A stretch of DNA of 64,000 nt, taken from the IMG/VR virus record IMGVR_UViG_3300021960_000024. One strand, written 5' to 3'. Below are positions 8,569-18,453 of this stretch, one piece after another. Positions within the stretch are counted from its first letter, which is position 1. Each line of letters opens with the position of its first letter. The position numbers and the translations under genes were made by a program. This DNA comes from an uncultured virus (IMG/VR IMGVR_UViG_3300021960_000024). Its lineage: Duplodnaviria > Heunggongvirae > Uroviricota > Caudoviricetes. Below the pieces are notes generated by a model that saw only the letters and a list, made by a program, of their open reading frames with translations, was not told where the DNA came from and searched no databases.

Positions 8569-8832
8569 ATGCCGGGTATATGTAGAGATGCAGACGATGC
8601 CGCTGGAGGAGCATTGATTAAATCTCAATCAACCGTGTTTGCAAATGGTAAAAATGTAATTGTGCATGGTGATTCTGTCACAGCACATGGCGACTCGCCC
8701 CATGATGCACCAACTATGATTGCTGGTTCTGATAGTGTTTTTATTGGTGGTATTGCGGTATGTAATGCTGGTGACCTTGCAACGTGTGGTCATGCTGCAA
8801 GTGGTTCCAGCACAGTTTCGGTAGGAGATTAG
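8569..8832 (+). CDS. PAAR-repeat spike tip protein (gp5.4-like)
   Basis: TVFANGK..HGD...H, GSDSVFIGG, GD.ATCGH, GSSTV; directly follows gp5. Confidence 0.9.
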   Translation: MPGICRDADDAAGGALIKSQSTVFANGKNVIVHGDSVTAHGDSPHDAPTMIAGSDSVFIGGIAVCNAGDLATCGHAASGSSTVSVGD

Positions 8833-8833
8833 A

Positions 8834-10102
8834 ATGGTTGATTTTAAAATTCCAAATATATGTGGTGCTAGTCCAGAACTGAATGATGTTCTATCTAAAC
8901 TTGCTGATGCGAAAGCAGACGCAAAGGCAAAACTTGATGAAGCTGCATCTACTGCTGCAGCTGCGTTTGGAGAAGCTCAGAATGAACTTGCGGGTCTGAA
9001 GGATAAACTTCAATCAATTGAGATACCAACTCTACCGAAGTTAAATTTACAAGCAGAGATAGCAGGGCTTGCCTCACAGATACCCGGCACTCCATCTTTT
9101 CTTTCTGCTCTTGCAAAAATTAAAACAGAGTTTGAAGATGACATCAAGGCTGCGGGTTTAGAATTGGATAGTCTTGTTAGTAGTGCTACCTCGGCAATAT
9201 CAGGTGGTGGTGATATTTGTGCTATCGTTCCTAATCTTGAGAAAGATGCGGGGAGTACTGAACCAGCAGTGCAAAAACCTATTGCACCAAAACAAGCAGC
9301 TGCACCTGCCGTAACTGAAGCCGCCTCGGTATCAAACGATAATGCAACTGTTACAGCAGCAGTTGCCGATAATAAACAAAAGACGGAAGCTTATGCGGTT
9401 ACTAATAAAGCACCAACTGAAGATAGTGGTGCAATAACAGTTGTAAAGGCAGATAAAACAATCAAAAGTCCAGCTGGAGGAGATGTAAATGTTGCGCCAG
9501 TTGGATCAGGAAAAACCTTTTCTCCTGATGGGGGCATACCTAATAGAAGAGCATCTGTGTTAGAGAAGATTAAATTATCTCAAATAACAAATCTTGGTAA
9601 AGATGGAAGCTTTGGTGAACTATTCTCATTGAAAGTTACATTAAAGAATCAACCAATAGACAAAATTGCTATTTATTTATACCTTGGAGATAATATGAAA
9701 AACCTTCTCGTAGTACCAGAGGAGGGTTCGACTAATCAAAAAATTATCGGTACACATTATAATAGTTATTATGGACCACATATGTATCCGTGGATTAATA
9801 CATCTGGGGGTGGCACAGGTTCTCAAAACGTAAAAGTTGATGGGAAAGAATTGATATTCTCTATGCCGGGATCATTATTGGAAGATCACCCCGGCAATAT
9901 TGTTAGTGTTGATAATGAAATTCTCAACGTAAAAGGCGTATTTCGATGTTATGGACGATTTCCCGCATCTGTAAGAAAAGATAGCGTATTTGGGCCCGGA
10001 AGATTTCTGGAAGACAAATCTTTGAATAAAGCTTTCGGGGGTTTTGCAGCACTCATAGAATATGAATACTTAGATAACTATGACCCAGAACCACAAACTT
10101 AA
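8834..10102 (+). CDS. Hypothetical (probable virion-associated) protein
   Basis: 422 aa; helical Ala-rich N-terminus, linker, globular C-terminus; lies within the baseplate cluster. Confidence 0.6.
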   Translation: MVDFKIPNICGASPELNDVLSKLADAKADAKAKLDEAASTAAAAFGEAQNELAGLKDKLQSIEIPTLPKLNLQAEIAGLASQIPGTPSFLSALAKIKTEFEDDIKAAGLELDSLVSSATSAISGGGDICAIVPNLEKDAGSTEPAVQKPIAPKQAAAPAVTEAASVSNDNATVTAAVADNKQKTEAYAVTNKAPTEDSGAITVVKADKTIKSPAGGDVNVAPVGSGKTFSPDGGIPNRRASVLEKIKLSQITNLGKDGSFGELFSLKVTLKNQPIDKIAIYLYLGDNMKNLLVVPEEGSTNQKIIGTHYNSYYGPHMYPWINTSGGGTGSQNVKVDGKELIFSMPGSLLEDHPGNIVSVDNEILNVKGVFRCYGRFPASVRKDSVFGPGRFLEDKSLNKAFGGFAALIEYEYLDNYDPEPQT

Positions 10103-10138
10103 AGACATAAATACAAACACACATAAAGGAGTTATATT

Positions 10139-10420
10139 ATGGGAAAGAAAAAATCAAGGGCTACACAAACATCAAAGGGTGAACGCAATAACGTAAGCAA
10201 AGATGTGAGTAAAGCACTTCGTAGAGATTACTTGCAGAATGATCTTGCACGGTTGAATAATCAGATTGATGCTTTTAAGAGGGGTAAGAATGTCATGGTG
10301 ACTATTCCTAACCCAAATACAAATGAAACAAACAAACGATTTCTTCGAGTCAATGCAAAGGACGTTTGGAAGTTTAATAATAAGTTTATTATGAAACATA
10401 ATACATCAGAAAATGTATAA
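10139..10420 (+). CDS. Basic hypothetical protein
   Basis: AAGGAG RBS and CATAAATA upstream; MGKKKSRA..TSKGER start. Confidence 0.7.
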   Translation: MGKKKSRATQTSKGERNNVSKDVSKALRRDYLQNDLARLNNQIDAFKRGKNVMVTIPNPNTNETNKRFLRVNAKDVWKFNNKFIMKHNTSENV

Positions 10421-10423
10421 ATA
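10416..10423 (+). promoter_or_regulatory. T4-type late promoter
   Basis: TATAAATA upstream of gp25. Confidence 0.75.
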
Positions 10424-10436
10424 ATAATAAAGAGGA

Positions 10437-10880
10437 ATGCTCATGAGCGCTAAAGACGCATATACTGACGGTACATATCAGGGACAAGAACGAGCTGCTC
10501 AACTGTATTCCGATATAGATTTGTTTTTTGGACCTAAGACGGGAACAAATGATATCAACAAGGTAACAGATTTTACGGCCGTCAAACGATCTGTCAGAAA
10601 TCTTGTTCTAACTAACTTCTATGAGAAACCCTTTCACCCAGAGATTGGTTCTGGTGTAAGAGATATTCTATTTGAACCTATGACGCCAATCACTGCATAT
10701 GTTCTAACTATGAAGATCGAAGAGGTGATTGAGAACTTTGAACCAAGAGCTAGACTCGTTGGAGTTCGAGCTCAACCTAATCTTGACAACAATGCATATA
10801 ATGTTACTATTGAGTTTTATGTTGTTAACGCCCCAACAGAACTTGTGAATATGGAAGTTCTATTAGAGAGATTACGATAA
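10437..10880 (+). CDS. gp25: Baseplate wedge subunit gp25
   Basis: YSDIDL, AVKRSVRNLVLTN.YEKPFHPEIGS, IENFEPRA, ending LERLR. Confidence 0.95.
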   Translation: MLMSAKDAYTDGTYQGQERAAQLYSDIDLFFGPKTGTNDINKVTDFTAVKRSVRNLVLTNFYEKPFHPEIGSGVRDILFEPMTPITAYVLTMKIEEVIENFEPRARLVGVRAQPNLDNNAYNVTIEFYVVNAPTELVNMEVLLERLR

Positions 10881-12781
10881 TGGCAGCGACTAGAAAAAGA
10901 CTCAGTGTAACAGAATTTGACTTTGATGAGGTTAAGGATAACCTAAAACTTTTCATGCGAAATCAGACAGAGTTCAAGGACTATGACTTCGAAGGCTCTG
11001 GTCTATCTGCCCTTCTGGATGTTCTTGCATATAATACACACTATCTTGGTTTCAATGCGAACATGCTTGCAAATGAAATGTTCCTTGACTCTTCTCAACT
11101 GAGGTCAAGTGTAGTTTCTCATGCGAAGACCTTGGGATACACCACTCGTTCTGCAACAGCATCTAACGCAGTTGTTGACATTTTTCTTAACACAACGAAT
11201 GTAAGTGCAACTATGCCAGCAGGAACAGTGTTCAGTGCTAGTGTTGATGATGTATCTTATCAGTTTGTAACCATATCTGATGTAACTTCATCTAACAGTG
11301 GTTCAAACATTGTCTTTGATGACGTTAGAATTTATGAGGGAAGTTATGTTTCAAGTCGATACGTTGCTGATACTCAGAATGTTGAACAGAGGTTTCTAAT
11401 CAATGATGATCGTGCAGATACAACAACCCTTTCGGTTATAGTTCAAAACTCTGCAACGGATACCATACAGACAACCTTTACTCAAGCAACAGATATTTCT
11501 GGACTAACCTCTACATCGAATGTATATTTTATTCAAGAGGTTGAGGATGGTCAGTATGAAATTTATTTTGGTGACGGTATTCTGGGTTCTGCGATAGAAG
11601 ATGGTAATATTATTATCATGCAATATGTTGTGACTAATAAGGGCGCAGCTAACGGTGCAAGTACGTTTACTTCATCTTCTGCAATCGATACGGTCAATAG
11701 TGTTAATGTTGTTACTGTTTCAATTTCTGATGGTGGATCAGAACCAGAAAGTATTGAGTCCATCAAGTACAACGCACCTCTGGATTATGCATCGCAGGGA
11801 AGATGTGTTACAACAGAAGATTATAAGACATATGTTAAACAGTTGTTCGCAAACACTCAAGCGGTTTCTGTTTGGGGTGGCGAGGATGGTTCATTTAATC
11901 CGGTTACTGGTGTGTCTGATGTTGCAGAGTATGGTAAAATTTTCATTAGTGTTAAGTCAACCACAGGACTAAATCTAAATGAAATTCAAAAGGCACAGTT
12001 AGTAACAGATTTGTCTCCGTACACTGTAGCGTCTATTACTCCCGTAGTCGTAGATGCAGAAACTCTAAACATTATCCTTAACGTCAATTTTAAATTCGAT
12101 AGTAACAAAACAACAAATTCTAGAGAATCGTTAGAGACACTTGTACAATCTACTATCACAAATTACAATACTGATTACTTGAAAGTATTCAACTCTGTTT
12201 TTAGACATTCTCAGTTTACTTCTTTGGTTGATGCTAGTGATACTTCAATATTGAGTAATATCACTACGGTAACTCTGGGTAGTTTTTACACACCAAGTAC
12301 ATCAGGTTCCTTTTCTTTCACAGTTCATTTTGGAAATCAACTGTATAATCCCCACTCTGGTCATAATTCAACAGCCGGTGGTATTATTGCATCAACTGGT
12401 TTCTATGTACAGGATAATACAAACGAGATGTTCTTTGATGATGATGGCGCAGGCAACCTTCGCATTTATTATTTGGTTACCGGAGCAAGAACCTATTATG
12501 ATTCTTTCGCTGGAACTGTAGATTACACAACTGGTTTAGTTTCAGTTAATCCAGTTTATATAACATCTGTATCTAGTGTTGATGGCAATGTCTCAAGAAG
12601 AATAAGGTTAACTGCAATACCAGCGTCCAGTGATATTGTAGGTAAGAGAAATCAGATTGTTGAAATTGATCTTGTAAATACGTCAGTCTCAGGGGGACAG
12701 GATACAATTGCAGTTAATACTGCGGGGGGTTCAACGAGTTACGTCACATCAACTAATTACGCAACGCCGTCGAGTTATTAA
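10880..12781 (+). CDS. gp6: Baseplate wedge subunit gp6
   Basis: EFDFDEVK, FKDYDFEGSGLS.LLDVLAYNTHY, SVVSHAKTLGY, FGDG, ESIESIKYNAP, QGRCVT.EDY. Confidence 0.96.
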   Translation: MAATRKRLSVTEFDFDEVKDNLKLFMRNQTEFKDYDFEGSGLSALLDVLAYNTHYLGFNANMLANEMFLDSSQLRSSVVSHAKTLGYTTRSATASNAVVDIFLNTTNVSATMPAGTVFSASVDDVSYQFVTISDVTSSNSGSNIVFDDVRIYEGSYVSSRYVADTQNVEQRFLINDDRADTTTLSVIVQNSATDTIQTTFTQATDISGLTSTSNVYFIQEVEDGQYEIYFGDGILGSAIEDGNIIIMQYVVTNKGAANGASTFTSSSAIDTVNSVNVVTVSISDGGSEPESIESIKYNAPLDYASQGRCVTTEDYKTYVKQLFANTQAVSVWGGEDGSFNPVTGVSDVAEYGKIFISVKSTTGLNLNEIQKAQLVTDLSPYTVASITPVVVDAETLNIILNVNFKFDSNKTTNSRESLETLVQSTITNYNTDYLKVFNSVFRHSQFTSLVDASDTSILSNITTVTLGSFYTPSTSGSFSFTVHFGNQLYNPHSGHNSTAGGIIASTGFYVQDNTNEMFFDDDGAGNLRIYYLVTGARTYYDSFAGTVDYTTGLVSVNPVYITSVSSVDGNVSRRIRLTAIPASSDIVGKRNQIVEIDLVNTSVSGGQDTIAVNTAGGSTSYVTSTNYATPSSY

Positions 12782-12783
12782 TC

Positions 12784-15700
12784 ATGCCTCCTTTTGACCT
12801 ATCTTGGACCCCAACTTTAGAGAATAAACTCAGCACTCAGATTGATGGTCAACTGCCTGACTTCATTGCTGAAGACCACCCTATTTTTTCTCAATTTTTA
12901 AAATCGTATTACCAGTTTCTTGAATCTGGTGAACTACAACTAACAGTTAATATTGACAACATTCTTATAGAAGTTGAGACTGATACAAATCTTCTTAATG
13001 AAGATGGGAGTTTAATTGTTACTGAAGTTGGTTCTGGTTCCACAGGTAAATTTATCGAAGGCGAAATTATTACTGGCGGTACGTCTTATGCAACCGCAAC
13101 AATCTTAGTTGAAGACCTTGGTAATGCAACTCCAAGACTGTTCATATCCTCACAACAATTGTTTGAGACAGGTGAAACTGTAACTGGTGGAACTTCTGGT
13201 GCGTCTGGTGTAGTTACAAGATATCGTGCAAACCCGGTTCAGAATATTCAGCAGTTATTGGCTTATGCTGATATTGATAATACCATTTATGATTTTATTG
13301 AAGAGTTTCGCAAATCCTTTATGGCTGGAATTCCTACTAATCTTGCAAATGGAATTAACAAGAGAAATTTAGAAAAACATATTGGTGAGTTGTATCGACG
13401 GAAGGGAACTAAAGAGGGCGCTAAACTCTTTATGAAAATCCTTCTGGATGAGGACGCAGAGGTATTCTATCCAAATCAATATATGCTGAAATCATCAGCA
13501 GCAGATTGGGATAAACCTATTGTTGTTCGTTGTTCCGCTGTTGGCAATGTTTTCGCAGATGAACTTGTTGGTCAATCAATTACTGGTACAGATACCGATG
13601 CAACTGCACTTGTTGAAAGTTCAACAACCTTTTCTGTTTCTGGTGGTATTTCATATATTGAATTTCAGATTTCAAATATAGTTGGAACTTTCAACAACGG
13701 TGAAAACATATATGGTATATCTTCTACAGGAGACGTAAAATATAATTTTACTATTGCTGATATAATTTCATCAGTTACAATATCCAATGATGGGACACTA
13801 TACCAAACGGGCGATCTGATTGACCTTGATACATCTGCCGGAATTGGTAGTGGTGATATTTCAGCGATTGTTGGTGGGGTTGAAACAGGTTCTATTTCGG
13901 GCGTTGCAATTGATGATGGGGGAACAAACTATGAAATAGGTGATCTTGTTGTATTTACAGACAATGCATTAGAAGCTGGTCTTGTTAAAGAAGCAGAAGC
14001 CGAGGTTACTGTTACTAATGGTAACATAGTTGATGAGACTGACGGCGATATTATTATACAGGAAGAAGGTACTAACGCTTTCATAACACAGTTTAATTTT
14101 CAAGTTGAAGATGGTACAGTTTTTAATGAGGAACCTTATGCACTATTAGGAACTGATAGAAAATATAGTAATGTTTCCGGTTACTACTACCCAATCTATA
14201 AAACATTTTATGCAGCGGAACAATCAATTATTAAAAAATCATCTGCCTCTGTAAATGGCGCAACATTTAATTCAACAACAGTATCACTAGATGGTAATGT
14301 TGGGGAAGATATTACTATAGGGATGGTTGTACGATCAAATAGTATTCCTGTAAACACAACAGTTACAGTTACTTCTGTTACGGATCAATCAACTATCGTT
14401 CTATCTACTCCACAAACATTTTTGGACAATGAGGTTCTACAATTTAAATCTGACTCAACAGGAGTGAGACAATATAGTTTCCTTGAGTATCCCGGCGAAA
14501 TATTTTATTCTCCCACAACTTTGACAGCTGTTGCACAATCAACGTATAGTAATACAACATATACATTATATGGCGGTAACTATAATCATCGAGCAGATCA
14601 TCTCTATGGTGAGTCTGGAAATGCTGCATCATATACTAGTGGTATCAACACAGAAGCAGTTCTTGGTGATAGACTTGAAACTGAGTCGGCAGTGAATACA
14701 ATAGTTATAGACACAAATCGTTATGATAATGAGGGGTTTATTTTAGAGTCTGGTGATGGGGATATTACAAAAATAACTGTGACTCAGCCGGGAGAAGGTT
14801 ATGCACTTTTACCTACTGTTACGGTTAGAAGTCAGTATGGTACAAACACAAAGGCTTATGCAACTACAACAGATATTGGAAGAATTTCTAGTGTCAATAT
14901 TACTAATCCCGGCTTCAATTATACTGAAGAACCTACATTGGAATTTCGTGGAAATTTCGTTGTAAAAGATATAACAGGAGTTTTTACTCCCGGCGCAGCA
15001 TTAACATCACATACAGGAACAGTTCGATCATTTGACTCTGCAACTCAACTTCTAAAAGTTTCAATTGAAGACACAGTTGGTGTTCAAGGTGAATCTTTTG
15101 GAGAAGGCAACTACAATGAGGGCGTACTTCTAGAAGACTCTCTTACAACATCCGAGTATGTTGATGAAAATATTATTTTGGACGCTAATCTTGTTTATGG
15201 CGAAAATTTAGTTGATGAAGATGGCGATAGACTTTTAATAGATTCTACAAGCATAACATCTGGGTTTATAGATTTGGAGGATGGTTTTGGTCAAATCATT
15301 ATGGAACATCCAGATGATTTGCCAGCGCCGAGGCAAATAAAATTCCTGTTGGAAGATTCATTGGTTCCTCCGCTCAAATCAAATGAAAACGCCTTTATAG
15401 TTCTTGATTCTGATATAGAATATGAAGATACTTTAGTTCTTAATGCTACAGATAATCTTGGTACAAATTCTGGTGATAAGATTATTCCTAATTCTACAGC
15501 TGCGAATGGAGTTGGTGATCCCACTAACAATATTGTTTTAGAATCTGGTATAACTGATAGCGTTAATGAAAAACTCCTATACGAAAATGATGTCCCCTTC
15601 ACTAACTTGTTATTGGATGGAACAAATGCAGATACACTTCATATAAACGAAAAAGTTTTATTTGAGGATGCGGGAATTGATTTCTCTGCTGGAACAACAT

Positions 15701-17367
15701 CCATAGCAACTGCGGCCGGGTCTGCAACAATTGTTCATGCAGATGTTGCAAAATCAAAATTTAATTTGGGTACTTCTGCTGAAAAAACAGGAAGATTTGG
15801 TGGTATTGAAAATTTAATTGGTGAAGCTCTAATTAGAATTCAAGATTCTTATTATTACCAAGATTTTTCATATGAAATTCAGTCATCATCTGGTAGTAGT
15901 TCATATTTAAATGAGGTGAAAAAATCAATTCATCCAGCTGGATTTAATGTTTTTTCAAAGTCTATTCTTTCTTCCTTTGTTTCTGCTAAATTACAAATTG
16001 GAGAAGCACAGGAAATTGGGGAGTCTGACCGTGGTGCTGATCTCTTCGATGCTATTCTTAGTACTACATTCTTCTCAATATTTGCTGCTCCTATTGAGCG
16101 CCGTCTTGGTTTTACAACTGAAGAAGAGACTGTCCTATTATTAGAAACTTCTATTCAAGAAACTTCTGATGATCAATTTGAAATTGAGGAGGAACTTGGT
16201 GTAGGTGTTATACGATTAGAAACACCAGAAAATGCTTATATTGATTTTGAAGCAATAGAAATATCTTATGGAATTGATGCTGGCGAGTCTGGTTTGTTGT
16301 TAACTGAGGATTTAGATCGTATCGTATCAGAAAGTGCTGAAGCGATATCGAACAACCTTGTTCTTGATGGAACTGAAGATGGACATCTTCAAACATCTCA
16401 GGGCGATGCTGGTTTTGATATTGTTACAGAAGATGATTTGTCATTCGAACTTGAGGATAGTCTTCAAGATGGTATATCATTCCTTTCTGGTGAAGACTCT
16501 ACAATAATAGATAATTTGCTTAGTGAAGTTGAGTCCGATATCTTTGTTATTGAAGGTATATCTCAGTACGATAGAGATGTTCATGTTCGATCTTCTTATA
16601 CAACGCACGTTGATGTTACGTTAAATAAAACACACAATACTGCTAATGGCCTATCATTCCTTGCAACTAAAACTTATGAGGGTATTAGTGGTGATGGTAT
16701 TGCATTGGAAAGTGGTTCTGCTCAACTTGGTAGTCGTTTATTACTTACTCAAACTGACAGCAGTGCGTCTGATCTTGGTGATCACATTTTGTTGGAATCT
16801 GGCAGTGATGTTAACATAAATCAGAGCGTAACCAAAGACACTTATACAGCACTTGGATATTCTACCAATAACTTTACCCGTGATTCCCTAGTTAATATTT
16901 CTGATGAAAACTCTGTTGATACTATTGTTCTTGAGGGTCAAGATATTGGAACATTTAAACTAGAGGATGGATCAACTGTTACAGGAACATTTGGTGACGA
17001 TATTCTTTTGGAAGATTCTACTGGGTTTGGTGTTGGTGAAAAACTGAGACTTGAAAGGACTTTCATTGCTTTAGAAGATTCTATAAATGTTGGTGCAAAT
17101 CCATTCGATATGGCTGGTGATACTATACTTGAACCATTTACTATTCCATCAGATATATTTGTTACTCAAAATGGTAAACTTACACATGAGGATGATCATG
17201 ATTTTATAGTTTATGACACTTCGGCTGATGAGAATGATCAGATCATTCTTGAGGATGGAACTGATCTAGATTTATACAAAAAAATAACGGTCCTTGAGTT
17301 TGGATTTGATGGGATATTATCTACATTTGATAATGCATTTAATAATTTTGATATAGAAGAAGTATAA
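12784..17367 (+). CDS. gp7: Baseplate wedge initiator gp7-like, with large acidic insertions
   Basis: QLPDFI..DHP.F..FLKSYYQFLE, LYRRKGT, IQDSYYYQDFSY, IHPAGF; position between gp6 and gp8. Confidence 0.8.
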   Translation: MPPFDLSWTPTLENKLSTQIDGQLPDFIAEDHPIFSQFLKSYYQFLESGELQLTVNIDNILIEVETDTNLLNEDGSLIVTEVGSGSTGKFIEGEIITGGTSYATATILVEDLGNATPRLFISSQQLFETGETVTGGTSGASGVVTRYRANPVQNIQQLLAYADIDNTIYDFIEEFRKSFMAGIPTNLANGINKRNLEKHIGELYRRKGTKEGAKLFMKILLDEDAEVFYPNQYMLKSSAADWDKPIVVRCSAVGNVFADELVGQSITGTDTDATALVESSTTFSVSGGISYIEFQISNIVGTFNNGENIYGISSTGDVKYNFTIADIISSVTISNDGTLYQTGDLIDLDTSAGIGSGDISAIVGGVETGSISGVAIDDGGTNYEIGDLVVFTDNALEAGLVKEAEAEVTVTNGNIVDETDGDIIIQEEGTNAFITQFNFQVEDGTVFNEEPYALLGTDRKYSNVSGYYYPIYKTFYAAEQSIIKKSSASVNGATFNSTTVSLDGNVGEDITIGMVVRSNSIPVNTTVTVTSVTDQSTIVLSTPQTFLDNEVLQFKSDSTGVRQYSFLEYPGEIFYSPTTLTAVAQSTYSNTTYTLYGGNYNHRADHLYGESGNAASYTSGINTEAVLGDRLETESAVNTIVIDTNRYDNEGFILESGDGDITKITVTQPGEGYALLPTVTVRSQYGTNTKAYATTTDIGRISSVNITNPGFNYTEEPTLEFRGNFVVKDITGVFTPGAALTSHTGTVRSFDSATQLLKVSIEDTVGVQGESFGEGNYNEGVLLEDSLTTSEYVDENIILDANLVYGENLVDEDGDRLLIDSTSITSGFIDLEDGFGQIIMEHPDDLPAPRQIKFLLEDSLVPPLKSNENAFIVLDSDIEYEDTLVLNATDNLGTNSGDKIIPNSTAANGVGDPTNNIVLESGITDSVNEKLLYENDVPFTNLLLDGTNADTLHINEKVLFEDAGIDFSAGTTSIATAAGSATIVHADVAKSKFNLGTSAEKTGRFGGIENLIGEALIRIQDSYYYQDFSYEIQSSSGSSSYLNEVKKSIHPAGFNVFSKSILSSFVSAKLQIGEAQEIGESDRGADLFDAILSTTFFSIFAAPIERRLGFTTEEETVLLLETSIQETSDDQFEIEEELGVGVIRLETPENAYIDFEAIEISYGIDAGESGLLLTEDLDRIVSESAEAISNNLVLDGTEDGHLQTSQGDAGFDIVTEDDLSFELEDSLQDGISFLSGEDSTIIDNLLSEVESDIFVIEGISQYDRDVHVRSSYTTHVDVTLNKTHNTANGLSFLATKTYEGISGDGIALESGSAQLGSRLLLTQTDSSASDLGDHILLESGSDVNINQSVTKDTYTALGYSTNNFTRDSLVNISDENSVDTIVLEGQDIGTFKLEDGSTVTGTFGDDILLEDSTGFGVGEKLRLERTFIALEDSINVGANPFDMAGDTILEPFTIPSDIFVTQNGKLTHEDDHDFIVYDTSADENDQIILEDGTDLDLYKKITVLEFGFDGILSTFDNAFNNFDIEEV

Positions 17368-17370
17368 ATA
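17363..17370 (+). promoter_or_regulatory. T4-type late promoter
   Basis: TATAAATA upstream of 17391. Confidence 0.75.
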
Positions 17371-17390
17371 TAACAAAGGAAGACGGAATA

Positions 17391-18395
17391 ATGGCATATC
17401 AATCAATAGGATTAGGTACTACCGCAGGGGATGGAACGGGTGATTCTATCCGTGGCGGTGGTGATAAAATCAATGATAACTTTGTTGAAATCTATACCCT
17501 GTTGGGTACAGGTACATCACTAACATCTGGTATCAGTGCAACATCTTCTGTTGTTACTCTTGCTGGGCCAACAATCACTGGTGTTGCATCATTTGCAGAC
17601 GGTAGTAATTCTGCTCCTTCAATTACAAATACGGGCGACACAAATACAGGTATTTACTTTGGTGCTGCTGATACAGTCAACGTAACCACTGGTGGAACCA
17701 AACGAGTCGATATCGACAGTTCTGGTTTAGATGTAACAGGTAATGTGACAGCAACAGGAACAGTAGAACCAGCTGGTGACACTGCGGCGGGTGATAATGC
17801 TGCAATTGGTTACACATCTGCCGAGGGTTTAATCCTAACAGGACAAGGCAGCACATCAGATATAACTTTAAAGAACGATGCTGACGCCACAGTATTTACA
17901 GTTCCTACTGGTACTGATGACATTCTGTTCCCGGACAACGCCAAAGCACTGTGGGGTGCTGGTAGTGACCTTCAGATTTATCACAACGGTAGTAATAGTT
18001 ATATTGTAGATGCTGGTACAGGAAATCTAAACTTACAAGCCGATAACAATATCAATATTCTCAACAATGCTGGTACAGAATTTAAAGCCCAGTTTATTAC
18101 AAATGGTGCTGTAAATCTTTTTTACGATAACAGTGCGAAGCTTGCAACAAGTGCTGCTGGTGGAACTCTCACTGGTGTTTGGGTACAGACTGCTAATATT
18201 GCTGCTGATGCTATTACGGGCGCTAAGATTGCTGATGATGCTATTGACTCTGAACATTATGCAGCAGATTCTATTGATGAAGAGCATATCGCCAATGACG
18301 CTGTAGGTTCAGCAGAATTAAAAACTCTATCAACTCTGTTGATTAAGAACTCTAGTGGTTCTACACTAAAAACTGTTCATGGTGCTGGTGCATAA
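17391..18395 (+). CDS. Short fibre / baseplate protein with gp9/gp10-type N-terminal domain
   Basis: MAYQSIGLG..AGDGTGDSIR.GGDKINDNFVEIY is the gp9/gp10-type attachment motif; fibre-like C-terminal repeats (I..AKIADDAI). Confidence 0.8.
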   Translation: MAYQSIGLGTTAGDGTGDSIRGGGDKINDNFVEIYTLLGTGTSLTSGISATSSVVTLAGPTITGVASFADGSNSAPSITNTGDTNTGIYFGAADTVNVTTGGTKRVDIDSSGLDVTGNVTATGTVEPAGDTAAGDNAAIGYTSAEGLILTGQGSTSDITLKNDADATVFTVPTGTDDILFPDNAKALWGAGSDLQIYHNGSNSYIVDAGTGNLNLQADNNINILNNAGTEFKAQFITNGAVNLFYDNSAKLATSAAGGTLTGVWVQTANIAADAITGAKIADDAIDSEHYAADSIDEEHIANDAVGSAELKTLSTLLIKNSSGSTLKTVHGAGA

Positions 18396-18419
18396 TTATA
18401 ATTAGATATGAACATGATG

Positions 18420-18427
18420 TATAAATA
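18420..18427 (+). promoter_or_regulatory. T4-type late promoter
   Basis: TATAAATA upstream of gp8. Confidence 0.75.
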
Positions 18428-18453
18428 CTAATACAGATTAGAGGAAACGGAAA

